From the NCBI GenBank assembly GCA_973851085.1, contig OZ316776.1, forward strand, positions 13,888,001 to 13,952,000: a stretch of 64,000 nt of DNA. The letters are read 5' to 3'. This document shows, piece by piece, positions 27,251-39,500 of the stretch; the first letter of the stretch is position 1, and each line of letters starts with the position of its first letter. The notes under the pieces were generated by a model that had not been told where the DNA came from, ran no database searches, and saw only the letters and a list, made by a program, of their open reading frames with translations. The position numbers and the translations under genes are program-made. The DNA is from Ptychomitrium polyphyllum (taxonomy: Eukaryota).

Positions 27251-27410
27251 ATTAGTTGTTGCCAATCCAACTGAAACTACTATAGGCAAGCCGTTGGTCT
27301 GACCAAAGGGTTTATAGAAGGAGCCACTAGGACAACCAATCTGCTAGGCTTTTATGTGCTAACCGGAGCATTATCTTCATTATTGGTTTCAAAAGTTTGA
27401 TTTGGTCGAC

Positions 27411-27515
27411 TAGAAAGACTTGAAAAGTGAGAATGGGGGTTAACCATGTGCATGTGGAGGTGTACAGGGTTGACGTGCGTGACGCTTGCTAAGGTGCATT
27501 GCAAGGGGTGCGACA
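27411..27515 (+). repeat. 3' terminal fragment of a family A LTR
   Basis: Matches the last ~105 bp of family A LTRs, ends GCGACA. Confidence 0.9.
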
Positions 27516-27520
27516 TACTA

Positions 27521-29242
27521 TGTGCGAAGTATATTATAATTGATAAAATAAAATATATAACTAATGTGAAGCCAAAATTGACCCCAACCTATCCCTAATT
27601 GTAATCCTAATGGATGAACTTGGATGAATTTAGATTAATATTTTTATCATTCAAGGTTTGAACTGTAAAAATAAAAGTAGAATAAAAGTAAAAAAGGTAA
27701 AAAATACATAGTATTTACCGAGAAGCAAAAATAGTAAAAAATAGAAGTAATTATAATTAAATTTTATGGCAAGGTAAATGAAGAAGGGATTTACTCAAGG
27801 AACAAGTCAGTGCAATAAAAACAAAGGAAAAAAAAAAAAAAACAACTCAAGGATGCTCCAATGAAGGCAACAGGCCCCCCTTCAGCAAACAAGCTAAGGT
27901 TCTTTTGCCTTTGACTCAATTCTAGCGTGCTTGTAGTTTCTAAAAAGCTTACTTAAAGGGATAACAATCACAAACATCTCAGCTTTAAACTTGCTGTATT
28001 TTGCCCGGAACCGTCCTTCAAAGTTGGTCCTCTAAATTGGGAGGGCAGCAAACCCTCTGCTACTAAATTGGTTGCTGCTGCCGTCTTTATAGTTCAAATC
28101 TCTAGATCTTAGATTTTTTTTAAAACTAGACTTCAAGCGACTTTAGTGCAATTAATTCTTGTAGCAATTGGACCTGTGACTACTAAAATGTGCCTTGCCA
28201 AAGTTGGGCTTATAAGACTGCCGACCATTGAACCCCCTTCACTTCAAACAGCTGCCATTCCTTCCATACTACTTCAAATTAAGCATTCTTTGGCTTGTTA
28301 AAAAGGTTATAATCTCTTCTACATACCTTCTAGATTTTAGCTCTTACAATTGCACAATGAAGGTTTGACAGCCTAACATCCGAACCCTAATTGTTGCCCT
28401 TCATGCTCCAATACTAATTTTTTTTGCTCATTACTAATTCCTATTTCTTAAAAACTAATTGTTTCAACTAACTTCAAAACCTTAACTTCAAAACCTAACT
28501 CTCTTTACTTTTCAACAACCTCTCTCGCTAAAACTAAAGGTAGACTCACAATTAAACTTGCTTAGAAACTACTAAATATTAATTGTGCCTTTGTTTGCCT
28601 TTTCCTCCCTTTCATAGGAAACCTCACTTTTCTACGCCATTTTCATTGGTTGTTAAAATTTATAGGCCACTTGATCCAATTTATACTTTCATCTTTTCAT
28701 AAATGTAGTTGTTATTCTAAATTTAATTATTTTCTTAGATTTTAGCTACTAACTTAAATGTAGCTATTGTTCTAAATTTAGCCATTATTCTAAATTTAGC
28801 TATTTCATAGATTTTGACGGCTATTAAAAATTTAATTATTTTTCTAATTTTAGATGATTTATAGATTTTAGCAGCTAGTTTAAATTTAGCTTTTATGCTA
28901 TTTTTTTCTACTTTTTTAAATTTAGCTGCTGTTTCTAAACTTTAGCTACTATTTTAATTTTAGCCACTATTCTAATCAATAATAACCCTTTACCTAATTA
29001 CCTCACTTCTTACTTGTCTAATTTTAAAAACTTGTTCTTATTTTTCTAATTCTCTCTATTTATTGGAGTTAACCATCATAGGCCATGAGCGTCTACCCAC
29101 ATTATACTAAGATCTCCTTAAAGATCAATTACATCTTTAATTTGGCCCTTTAGCCCTAATTAGGCCTCACTTTATCTACATGTATTACTTTTTAGCAATT
29201 TTTAAGAGAAATTACCATATTGTGCTAATTTCTTAGCTCACA
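27521..29242 (-). mobile_element. Family D LTR, inverted copy
   Basis: Reverse complement aligns with 15084-16850; ends AGCTCACA at 29242; left boundary uncertain. Confidence 0.75.
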
Positions 29243-31783
29243 ATTGGATTAGATGTCTTTTGCATGAACTACAATGCAAATTTTATACATTGTATACATG
29301 TATAAGAGTGTGTGAACTAATAAATCTCTCAAATAGTGGAGGTTTTATTTAGTTACAAAGTATATTACAATTTTTTTCTATAAAATTATTTATACACTCT
29401 ATACTTTGATCTTTTTATCAACTTCATTTTGAAAAAAATATTTCTTATGTATGTTATTCTATTCAAGCAAATTCTATAGTGTTTTTGTAGTTGGATTTTT
29501 AAAATTATCATATCTCTCCCATTTGATAGTATCATTTATTAAATTGTATAGATTGCTTTTTTTAGATTAGATACTTCAATAAGAATCTGTTAAGTGTTTG
29601 ATTACTTATTAATTATCTATCTTAACAGTGAATCATGAATCCGCATATATGATAAGGAAAGCGTTGAATGGGCCTCATTGGTCAGCAATTGTTAGCAGTA
29701 ATAAGGTTTGATAGTATATCAACTTAATGAATGCTTGGAGATTGTTGTTGTTTTTTAACTTAAGTACTTTCAAAATTCTTGTAACAAGAGTCTCAAAGTG
29801 TGATTTAAGCAATTACAACCAGTATATGGTTAAATAGGACAATAGGATTGGTTGAAAGAATTAGAGAGCTTTGAATAAGGTTTTGGTAGTCTTTCTTTGG
29901 CTAGTTGAATTGACCTAACGGCATCATTAAAGGTGGCTCTTAGAAGTTCCATTGTAGCAATTTGAATGTACTTAGAAAGACTTGTCTTCAAAGTGCCAAG
30001 CATAAATGTGTCATCAGGTGGATTGATGAAGTCCTCAACAAGTTTTAAAAGACATTCAAAAAAGCCGTCAACCAACTCCAAAGGTTTTTGTTTCATAGTC
30101 CATATATGAATATAGGTTTGGTTTGTTTTAATTAACCTATAATATTTTTTGAATGCAAAGAAGAAGTCATCCAAATTGTCATGAAGAAATTAGATGGAAT
30201 GGAATGTAAGCTAGATAAATTTTTTATTAGTAAGGGTACCACCGATCAGTTCCAACTAGACTAAAAGTCTAATTTATCATTTAAAGTAAATATAGATAAA
30301 AACTTTCAAAAATATTAATTGAAATATTTTCCTATCTAATAGCTTGGGTACAAAAGACTCTTTCTAATATAATAATGGATAAGGGAGAATATTATAGAAA
30401 GAGGTTGGATCAATAGTGGTGCTATTGGATGGTAATGCAATCTAATGATATTTGCTGAAATATGAAAGAAAGTAGGGAAAAGGCAAGTGGAGTTATGGAT
30501 GTAGTTGACACCATAATGAAGGCAAATAGCTGGTGGAAGAGTGTTAAATAGAAGGGAGTAATATGGAAGATCTTTGAAAAAAACTTGTTCAGTGGTTGGC
30601 AAATTCCAATAGTAGGATAAATAAAAGTTGTAATTTATGTTAGGGACACAAGAAACAAGAAGCAGAAATAAAGTGTTTCCCAAGAATTAGCTTCCAAAGA
30701 GCTAATGGTTAACAAGAACTTGATACAAAGACTAGAACAAGGCACGATTCAAGATGATCCACAACTTGTGTTGGCAAGACTAAGGAATACCTTGTTTTGC
30801 CTCCTATTTATACTATGACATTTGTATCTCCTAGGATACTTCTAAAGAAGCTTCCTACAAGGCTCAAAAATATTTTGGAAGGCTAAGGAACCTTTCCAAG
30901 AAGTTTCCTAAGATGTCGGAACCTTCCTTGGAAGTTTCTTAAGGTAGCGCAACCTTCTTAGGAAGTTTCCTAAAGAAGTAGAACCTTCCTAGGAGGTTTC
31001 CTAAGGTAGAGGAACTTTCCTAAGAAGCTTCCTAAGAACATGGAAAGACTATGGAGACATCTAAAAGTCTCCTAAGAAGCTATTATAGTATACTAGAAGG
31101 TTCTAGAATGTTCTAAGGACTATGTTGTATGATCTATGTCGGTGACATCACCTCCCCATTTAACGACAAGTTCCATGAGGAGCTCTTTTCTTAGCTTGCT
31201 TGTCACATTTCTACAAATTCCAAAATTCGTCCAAGGAGTGAAGCAACATACTTTGCTTGTTGTTCTTTGTTCACTGGTTCAATTGGTCCTTGCAAGAAGC
31301 GCCGATGGCCACCAGCCAAGACTTCTGTTGTTGAAATGTCCCATCCCAAGATCTGATCTTGATTAAGTCCTTTAAAACATCCTCCAAACAGGATTTCGGA
31401 TCCTCCAGGAGTGACTCTTCCAATTTCTAAGAAGATGACTGAAGCGCGAGCATCTAAATCAAGACTAGAATATGAAGGGCGACTAGTCAATACTTCTGCA
31501 CGAGGTTGTACTTGACATTACAATGTCCCTCCCATATCTTGACTTAGATCCTCCGTTACCGAGGGCTAAAAAGTTGAGTTGGCTCAACAGATGTTGTTGT
31601 TGATGAAGGCATGGCCGACTGCTCTTCACGCATATCCATGATAACACAAAGATTTGACATACTCGCTAGGATCTAGAAATGATCTATCTTAGAAATAATG
31701 CTGCATATAATTGGAGGTTTGGATATCTCTCCTCCCTTCTTATACTTGTCTATGAAGGAAAAACTTCTCTGTGAAGCTAACGG

Positions 31784-34700
31784 CTACTGATGACACATCA
31801 TCACACACAGACCTGGTTTCTGGGGATATCTTTGATGAAATTGGCGTATCTTGTCGGATGCATTTGTTACATTTGTTGAAGGTTCCCATGTTTGGTCATT
31901 GATGCCATATTCTTGCCAATGTATAAAATACTCCACACGTCCATTCTTCATGCGTGGATCTAAGATCTCTTCCATTTCATATTCAATCTCATTATTGATT
32001 TCCAGCAAAAGAAGTGGAGGGACAATTCTGTTTGGTATACATGATTTGTTATAGGTTTCCAATAAAGATATGTGGAATACTGGATGAATTTGCATGCTTG
32101 GTAGTAGCTTTAGGCAATAACTAACCGGATTTATGTATTTGCTGATTTCAAAAGGTCCCAGCCTTTGATAGGCCAACTTCTTTGATGGTCTTTTTGTCTG
32201 TATATTTTGTTGTAGGAGCCATACGCTATCTCCAACCTTGAACTTTGGATGGTCCTTCCGATGGCGATCTGCATAAGTTTTGTAACGATCTTGAGCTTGT
32301 TGTAACTGGAAGGTAATTTCTTGATGGATTTTAGCAAGTTGAATTGCAAAATCCTCTGCTGCACGGCTTCCAACATGCTTCACTTGAAATGGATCTGTTC
32401 AAGGATGATGGCCATAGTTTGCAAAGAATGAATTTTGAGTTGTTAAAGAATGAAGCGTATTGTTGTAAGCAAATTTTGCAAAAGGTAAGAGGTCCATCCA
32501 GTTGTCTTGCTGGTAATTTATGCTACAACAAAGGTACTGTTCCAAAACTTGATTCACATCTTTGGTTTGGCCATCAATTTGCGGATGGTATGCTGAAAAA
32601 AGATTAATCTTTACACGCAACAATTGGAATAGAGCCCTCCAAAAGTTGGAAATGAACTGCGGCCCCCGATCAGATACAATATCATTTGGTAGTCCATGTA
32701 TATGGTAGACGTGATTTAGGAACAATTTGGCAATCTCTTCTTTTGTTACCGTCTTATTGCATGGAATGAAATGTGCCATTTTGGAAAATCGATCTACCAC
32801 TACCAAAATAGAATCCTTAGAATTGGAATTTGGAAGGTCCGTGATAAAATCCATTGATAAAGACAACCATGGGCCCTTTGGCACTCGATGCGGATGGAAG
32901 AGACTATGAAATTGGTGCCTTGGTACCTTGGCTCTTGCACAAGTGTTGCATGATTAAACAAAGTCCTTTACGTACTTTCACATTTGTGGCCATCAATAGT
33001 CTCTTGCAATCAACTCCATTGTTTTATTAAATCTAAAATGTCCTGCTGCTGGAAAATCATGATGTGCTTGAAAGATCTTCAACTGCAAAGGGCCTGGAGG
33101 TAGGTACAAAAGTCCTTTATAATAAAGTAGGCCCCCTTGGAATTCAAAGTCCTCATTGCTATTTGAAGGACCTCCATTGTCATTGAGGCGCTTCTTTATA
33201 TTTGAAACAAAGACGTCATTCTTCAAAGCATTCTGAATTTTGTCAAAATGGGATGTTGTTGTAATAATGGCTGCTTCCAATTGAGAATTCTCAGGCTTCA
33301 ATAAAATAGTCCTTTGTTGATTCAAAACATCATATCCAGCTTGAGGAGCTAAATAAGATCTTCAAGATAAGGCATATGGCTTAACTTGCAAGCTACCAAA
33401 TCGATAGGTAATGACAAAGTCAAATCTGAAAAGCAACATACTCCACCTTGCTTGACGGCGATTCAAAACGCGTGCACTCATGAAATACTCCAAGTTCTTG
33501 TAGTCTCTGTATATCGTGATGGTATGTTGAGCTCCTTCCAATAAGTGTTGCCATTCTTCAAACGCATCCACAATTGCAAGTAGTTCTTTATCATGTATAT
33601 CATAATTAATCTCTGCCGCTGAGAACTTCCTTGAACAAAAGGCAAGAGGGTGAAGTCTCTCATCTTCGTCATATTGTGAGAATACCGAGCCAAGCGCAAA
33701 ATCTGAAGCATTCACTTCCAAATACAAAGGCTTTGATGGATTTGGATGAATAAGAATTGAAGCCGATGGTGCCGCAATCTTGGAATAATCCTTGATGAAT
33801 GTCCTGTAGAAGTTTGCAAATTCCAAAAAGCATTAAACATGTCAAATTGATCTTGGCGTACTCTACTCCATGACAGTGCTTATTTTTTTCTTATCCATAT
33901 GGATTCCTCCTTTGGAAATGATATAGCCTAAAAATTCAACCGATGATTCATGGAAAAGGTACTTCTTCAATTTGGCATATAAACCTTGCTGGCGTAGTTT
34001 TTCTAAGACCAGTTGTACATGACATTCGTGGTCTTGTTCATCCGTTGAATATATCAAAATATCATCTAAGTAGATGACTACAAAATTGTCCAAATGTTCA
34101 TGGAAGATATCATTCATCATATGTTGAAAAACTGCAGGGGCATCAGTAAGGCCAAAAGGCATGACATTGTATTCAAAATGACCATACCTAGATCAAAAAT
34201 CTGGCTTCCATTCGTCTCCTTCTTTGTTGCATACAAGATTGTAGGCTCCTCTAAGATCAATTTTAATGAATATCTTTGCTTGGCCAAGTTGTTGTAGGAG
34301 TCCTAAGATTAATGGTAATGGATAGCAATTCTTTTTTGTTACTTTATTGAGGCCTCGATAGTCCATGCACATACTTAATGATCCATCTTTCTTTTTTACA
34401 AATAGAATGGGTGCTTCAGCAAGTGATTTAGTGTGTTGAATGAAATCCTTTCCATGGTTTTCATCAATATATTCTCTCGAGGCAGCCAACTCAGTTTGTA
34501 ATAAGTTATAAATAGGTCCAAAAGGTGGTTGGACTCCTTCTTGCAACTCAATGGTACAGTCGTAAGGCCGATGCTTTGATAACATGTTTGCATTCTTCTT
34601 TTAAAAAACGTCTTTATAATCTTGATATTGACAAGGTATGTTTTGATTAGTCTCTATTGTAGAGCTAGACATTGGCGTGGTATAAATGGCATAGATTGGT

Positions 34701-36221
34701 TCATCCTTTGCCACTCTCATAAATGCCTTAGCTCCAATAAATGATGGTCTAAGATTTCTTGTACCTTGACGTCTTTTCCTTGAGACCACATTCCGTGAGC
34801 GCCAGTCAATGTCTGTATTATGTAATTTAAACCAAGGCCCAAAACAATAGGATTTATTTGGCATTGAATGATGTTGAAGACAATCTTAGATGTCTGATCT
34901 CCTAAAACAACCTCTAGGGGTTGACTTTCTTCAATAATGTTGCCAGACGCAAGAGATCGTTCATCAATAACTTCAACAAGTGCGGGATATTTTTTGTTCA
35001 CAAACACTATGTGATGTTTTGTTCCAAAATCCTTGCCCATGAAACATGCTGTTGCACTAGTGTCGAAAAGAGCCTCACTAATTATTTCATCATCTAACAA
35101 TTTCATTTTGATAAGAAATGTAAAATAAGAGGTAGGGCTTGAAGGTAATAAGAGACCTTGATTTGACGGTCGTTTCCTTGTGATGTCTAGTCGCATGGTC
35201 CCTACTGTGTTTAGACAGCCTTGTTTTCCAACTCCACCATTGTGCTTTGAGCCTTAAAGGCAGATCCTTTGATTTGGCAATTGCGCACTTTATGTCCAGA
35301 CTTGCCACAATACAAACATAGGTTTTATCTTCGACGCCTTTTTTTTTTTTCTGGAGTCAAACGTCTAAATTGGGCAGCATCAATTTGCATAGATATTGGT
35401 CCTTGTGGTCGGCTTTCTAGTATTCTTGAAGAAGTGGTAGCCATGCTTTGATGTACTCATCGCCATCTCAAGCGTTATTCTTGGCACCTCTCAAATAGTT
35501 TATTGTTACATGCTATTGCTTGAGTGATGAATCCGTCCAATGTTTCAACTCTTGGCATTGTGAATAGCAAGTCCTTTATATTCTCTCTTAAGCCCCATCG
35601 GAATTGTGTGACTAATGCTTTATCATTCCAATCAAGGTCGCAAGCTATTTGTCAAAACTCTGCAGCATATATAGCAGCTAAGCGCTGTCCTTGTTGGAGA
35701 CTCTGGATCCTTGTTTCAGCCACCCTCTCTCAGTCGGTGTCTCCAAAAGTAGATGTTAATGCTTCTATAAAAGCATCTAAGTTGTTCAATAATGGTGATT
35801 GCTTCTCCATTAGTGGTGCAAACCACAATAGTGCATTATTTGATAAAAGAATGGCTACAAATTCCACTTGAGTTGTGCCATCAGAATAGCGAGATTAATG
35901 CAAACTAAGGAAGAGTCTTATTTGTTGAACAAAGCCTCTTAATTTTGATCTTGATTCATCGAACTTGTCTGGCATGCTAATCTTTGGATTTGCATGGGTT
36001 TGACGTAAGCCTTCCCTTCCAATATTAGCCTCTCGCAATTGAACAACCTCTTGATATAGGCTTTGAATATCACCATTGGATTCTTCAGCTTGCCGAGTAT
36101 GTTGCCCCAAATTGTTGGTGGTATGAAAACGGGCGAGTTCCGTTCGAACTATGTTTAATAATTCTTGAAGGTTTGCAATAGTTGCAAACCTATTCTTTGA
36201 TGTTCTAGGCACGTTATCCAT
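31784..36221 (-). pseudogene. gag and pol of the family B element, with multiple stops and frameshifts
   Basis: ORF fragments 35895-36221 (gag), 34717-35196 (PR), 33863-34585 (RT), 33362-33826 (RH), 32399-33325 (IN), 31784-32383 (IN C-terminus and chromodomain). Confidence 0.92.
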
Positions 36222-36443
36222 TTCTTAAGATTGGCAAAAAAAAAAAACTATGAGTACCTTCAAAGGAGGAAAATCCACGCCCTTTGAAAGAAATAATACT
36301 TGGTTCTAGAAGAAGAAACCAACTCTATGGTGCTAGCTTAGAGGAGGGTAATCCGCAACCTTTAAAACGCTATGGAATCCTAAAGAAGATGGGTAATCCA
36401 CAATCTTCTTCAAAGAACCTTAGCTCTGACAAAGATGAAGAGT

Positions 36444-36454
36444 AATCTTACCAA
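36444..36454 (-). promoter_or_regulatory. Self-priming type PBS (non-tRNA)
   Basis: Minus strand TTGGTAAGATT just after the 5' LTR; complementary (2 G-U pairs) to AGTCTTGCCAA at 36599-36589, 31 nt downstream of TATAAATA (36630). Confidence 0.8.
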
Positions 36455-36679
36455 AAATTAGGGACACAAGAAACAAGAAGCAGAAACGAAGTATTTCCCA
36501 AGAATTAGCTTCTAAAGAGCTAATGATTAACAAGAACTTGATACAAAGACTAGAACAAGGCAGAATTCAAGATGATCCACAGCTTGTGTTGGCAAGACTA
36601 AGGAATACCTTGTCTTGCCTCCTATTTATACTATGACGTTTGTATCTCCTAGGATACTTCTAAAGAAGCTTCCTACAAG

Positions 36680-37024
36680 GCTTAAGAATGTTCTGGAAGT
36701 CTACGAAACCTTCCTAAGAAGTTTCCTAAGATGTTAGAACCTTCCTAAGAGGCTTCCAAGGAGTTGGAACTTTCCTTAGAAGTTTTATAAGGTAGCGGAA
36801 TTTTCTTAGAAAGTTTCCTAAAGAGGTAGAACCTTCCTAGGAAGATTCCTAAAATGATGGAACCTTCCTAAGAAGTTTCCTAAGATGATGGAACCTTCCT
36901 AGGAAGTTTTCTTAGGTGGAAGAACTTTCTTAGGAAGCTTCCTATGAACATGGAAAGACTATGGAGACATCTAAAAGTATTATAAGAAGCTGTTATAGTA
37001 TATTAGAAGGTTCTAGAATGTTCT
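36680..37024 (-). promoter_or_regulatory. U3 array of ~31-bp repeats with GAAnnTTC motifs plus a perfect 4-unit heat-shock element
   Basis: 8 units like AACCTTCCTAAGAAGTTTCCTAAGATGATGG; AGAAGGTTCTAGAATGTTCT at 37005-37024 (also 31095-31114). Confidence 0.7.
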
Positions 37025-39342
37025 AAGGACTATGTTGTGTGATCTATGTCCGTGACAGTTTATGGAAAGTGGATTACCGCCAGAAAAAGAAGGATTAATA
37101 ATAGTAGTGCTACCAAAAGGTCATTTTGGATGTAGTATATGGAAAGAATGTATAGTTGGATTAATAATATGTTCTAAGAATTCCTAACAAGGAGATGATA
37201 CGAGTGTTATTAGTTGTATGACCAGAGAAAATAGAAATTGTATTAGGATAAAACTGTCATCTTCACGTATGCATTGATTTAGTGGAGTTTAAAAAGATGC
37301 AATAAGCTGCCGGACATATTCCTAAAAGAATGAGGAATCATTTCAAAGATGGCGCGGAATGTGTGTAGAATATTAATTACCAAGTAGATTTGATAGTTGT
37401 GCAAAATGAAGGTAGAAAGTAGAATGGAAATGGTGGACATTCTTGGCAGTTTTAGGACGTTAGATATCAAAGAGTGGATTTATTAGTAATGGCCTAGAAA
37501 AATGTGAGTTGATAATAGGAAGAAATGAAAGATTAAGATAATGAAAAGTACGTGCTAGGTGTAAAACAGTACGTAGTGTAGAAATAAGTTCTAAAAAGAG
37601 GCAGAAGTCCTTGTGTATAGATGTGAGGACAACTCATAAAATCAGATGATTCAAGACCAAAGAATAAAGTTAGATCGTTCCTAGATTTGTACAGCGGTAA
37701 ACTACATTAGCCATCATAAAGATTAAAGCTTTGAGTATTTTGCACAAAAATAAAAAATACCACAATTTAATTAAAAGGATTGTGGATTGAAATTCTTTGG
37801 TAAGAATGTTTTTGTGGCTGCTATAGCCTACAAGTAGAAACAAAGAAATAGAAACAGAAGAAGGATCTAAGCAAGAGAAACTTACTTGAAACATTGCATG
37901 GTTGCCAAATGTAACTACCAAATAGTCAAAGATTGGTAATTCCTAATTGATAATAAATATCAATAAAAAGGCAATTTAGACCATTTATAGTTGATAACTA
38001 CCAAATAGAAGAGAAAAAATAACTCTATAAACCAAAATATAGAAATATCCTAGAACTTACTATAGTGAAAGAACATATATAAGTATTATAATACACTAAA
38101 ATCTAGTTGATACATAATTTTCTAGTCTGGAATGTATAACTTGATTAATGGAAAATAAAATATAATACACCCTCAACTTTTTTAATTGAGGATTTAAATA
38201 TTAATTCCTAAATCCTATAATAACAAATTTATATTTGTTGTCTGAACTAACAGATTAATATTATCATTCAGTAGTTATTGTTAGAGGTTGTTCAATAGTT
38301 ATTACTAGTGGAAGTCTAATAGTATTAATAGAGGGAGATTAGTAGAAGAAGTCCTGTGATACTGATTATAACACCCGATAGGTTGGTAACTTATTCTAAG
38401 GTCTATTAACTTTATCCGCCATCCTATTAGAATCCGCCTCTTCTTAATTGTATCTTGTTTAATCTATTGACCTATTTCCTAATTTCCGTTTAAAGAAAAG
38501 TAACATATCAAAAATAAGTCCTATATAATAACATTGACTATAATTAACTCATTAGTTTTACTTCTTTTGACCTTCAATATTATATAAGAGGAGAAGAAAA
38601 AATTTAAATATCTTTAATTTATTGCTTAAAAACTATTATATAATTCAAAGATTTGAGATTAAATTTTATCACGAAAAACTTTGTTTCAATTAAGTCATCA
38701 AATTAGACTTATATTCTTAAGCTTTCTTTGCTACATACCTTGATTATCATTGAATTCTAACTTTCCAAAGCTTAAATGAGTTGCTTTAATTATTAAAGAA
38801 TATAATATTCAATTGCAATAGAGACAATTATAGCTATCATAGCATTTAATGTAACCAATTCCAACTTCTAAAGAATGTTTATATAGTGAGATCATATCAA
38901 TTGATTTTAAAAGCATTGAAACTAATACAATAGTATAATTAAAAAATAGGATTTCATTAAAAAAATGAAAATTATTTATTTGACTTTTATAATACTATGT
39001 AAAATGTTCTTTGTAATATTATATCATATTAACATGTTGAAGGACTTTGAAACTATTGCTTTGTTGATACATAAACCAAATAAAATGCATTTGTATAAGA
39101 TAAAACTATTGCTTTGTTGATATACAAACCAAATAAAAGATTTTTTTTAAAATTCATTCTTTTTGAAACAATAATTCACTTGGTTAGATTGTATTATTCA
39201 AATTTTTTTAGAACATTTGAAAATTAAATACTAGTTAAAAATAAAAATATAATATTGCACAATATAATAATGTTGGACGTCAAAAATTTAATAGCCTCTA
39301 AAAGAATTTGTTGAATACTAAAATATCATTGCAAGCCACATA

Positions 39343-39500
39343 ATATGCAAACTACCACACTATATGCACACTACCACACTATATTCAGACTACCACACTA
39401 TATGTAGACCACCACACTATATGTAGACTACCACACTATATGTAAACTACCACACTATATGTAGATTATCACATTATATATAGACTATCATACTATATTC
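39343..39500. repeat. Minisatellite, 19-bp unit CTACCACACTATATGTAGA, ~8 copies
   Basis: Direct inspection. Confidence 0.9.

Larger units (their letters stand above)
30638..37057 (-). mobile_element. Family B Tcn1/Tf1-like chromovirus, full length but inactivated
   Basis: LTRs 36456-37057 (5') and 30638-31147 (3'); TSD ATTTA/GTTTA (1 mismatch); PPT complement TCACCTCCCCATTT 31148-31161; gag, CCHC, protease FDTSATACF, RT YLDD, RNase H DKELLAI, integrase SDRGPQF, GPF, chromodomain. Confidence 0.95.
29800..38391 (-). mobile_element. Family E old LTR element remnant (LTR ~37910-38391, leader, gag remnant 29830-30174) hosting the full-length family B copy
   Basis: Minus strand GGTAGTTACA followed by TTTGGCAACCATGC; homology to 21333-22790 continues across the 30638-37057 insertion; gag-like MKQKPLELVDGFFECL. 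Confidence 0.6.
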
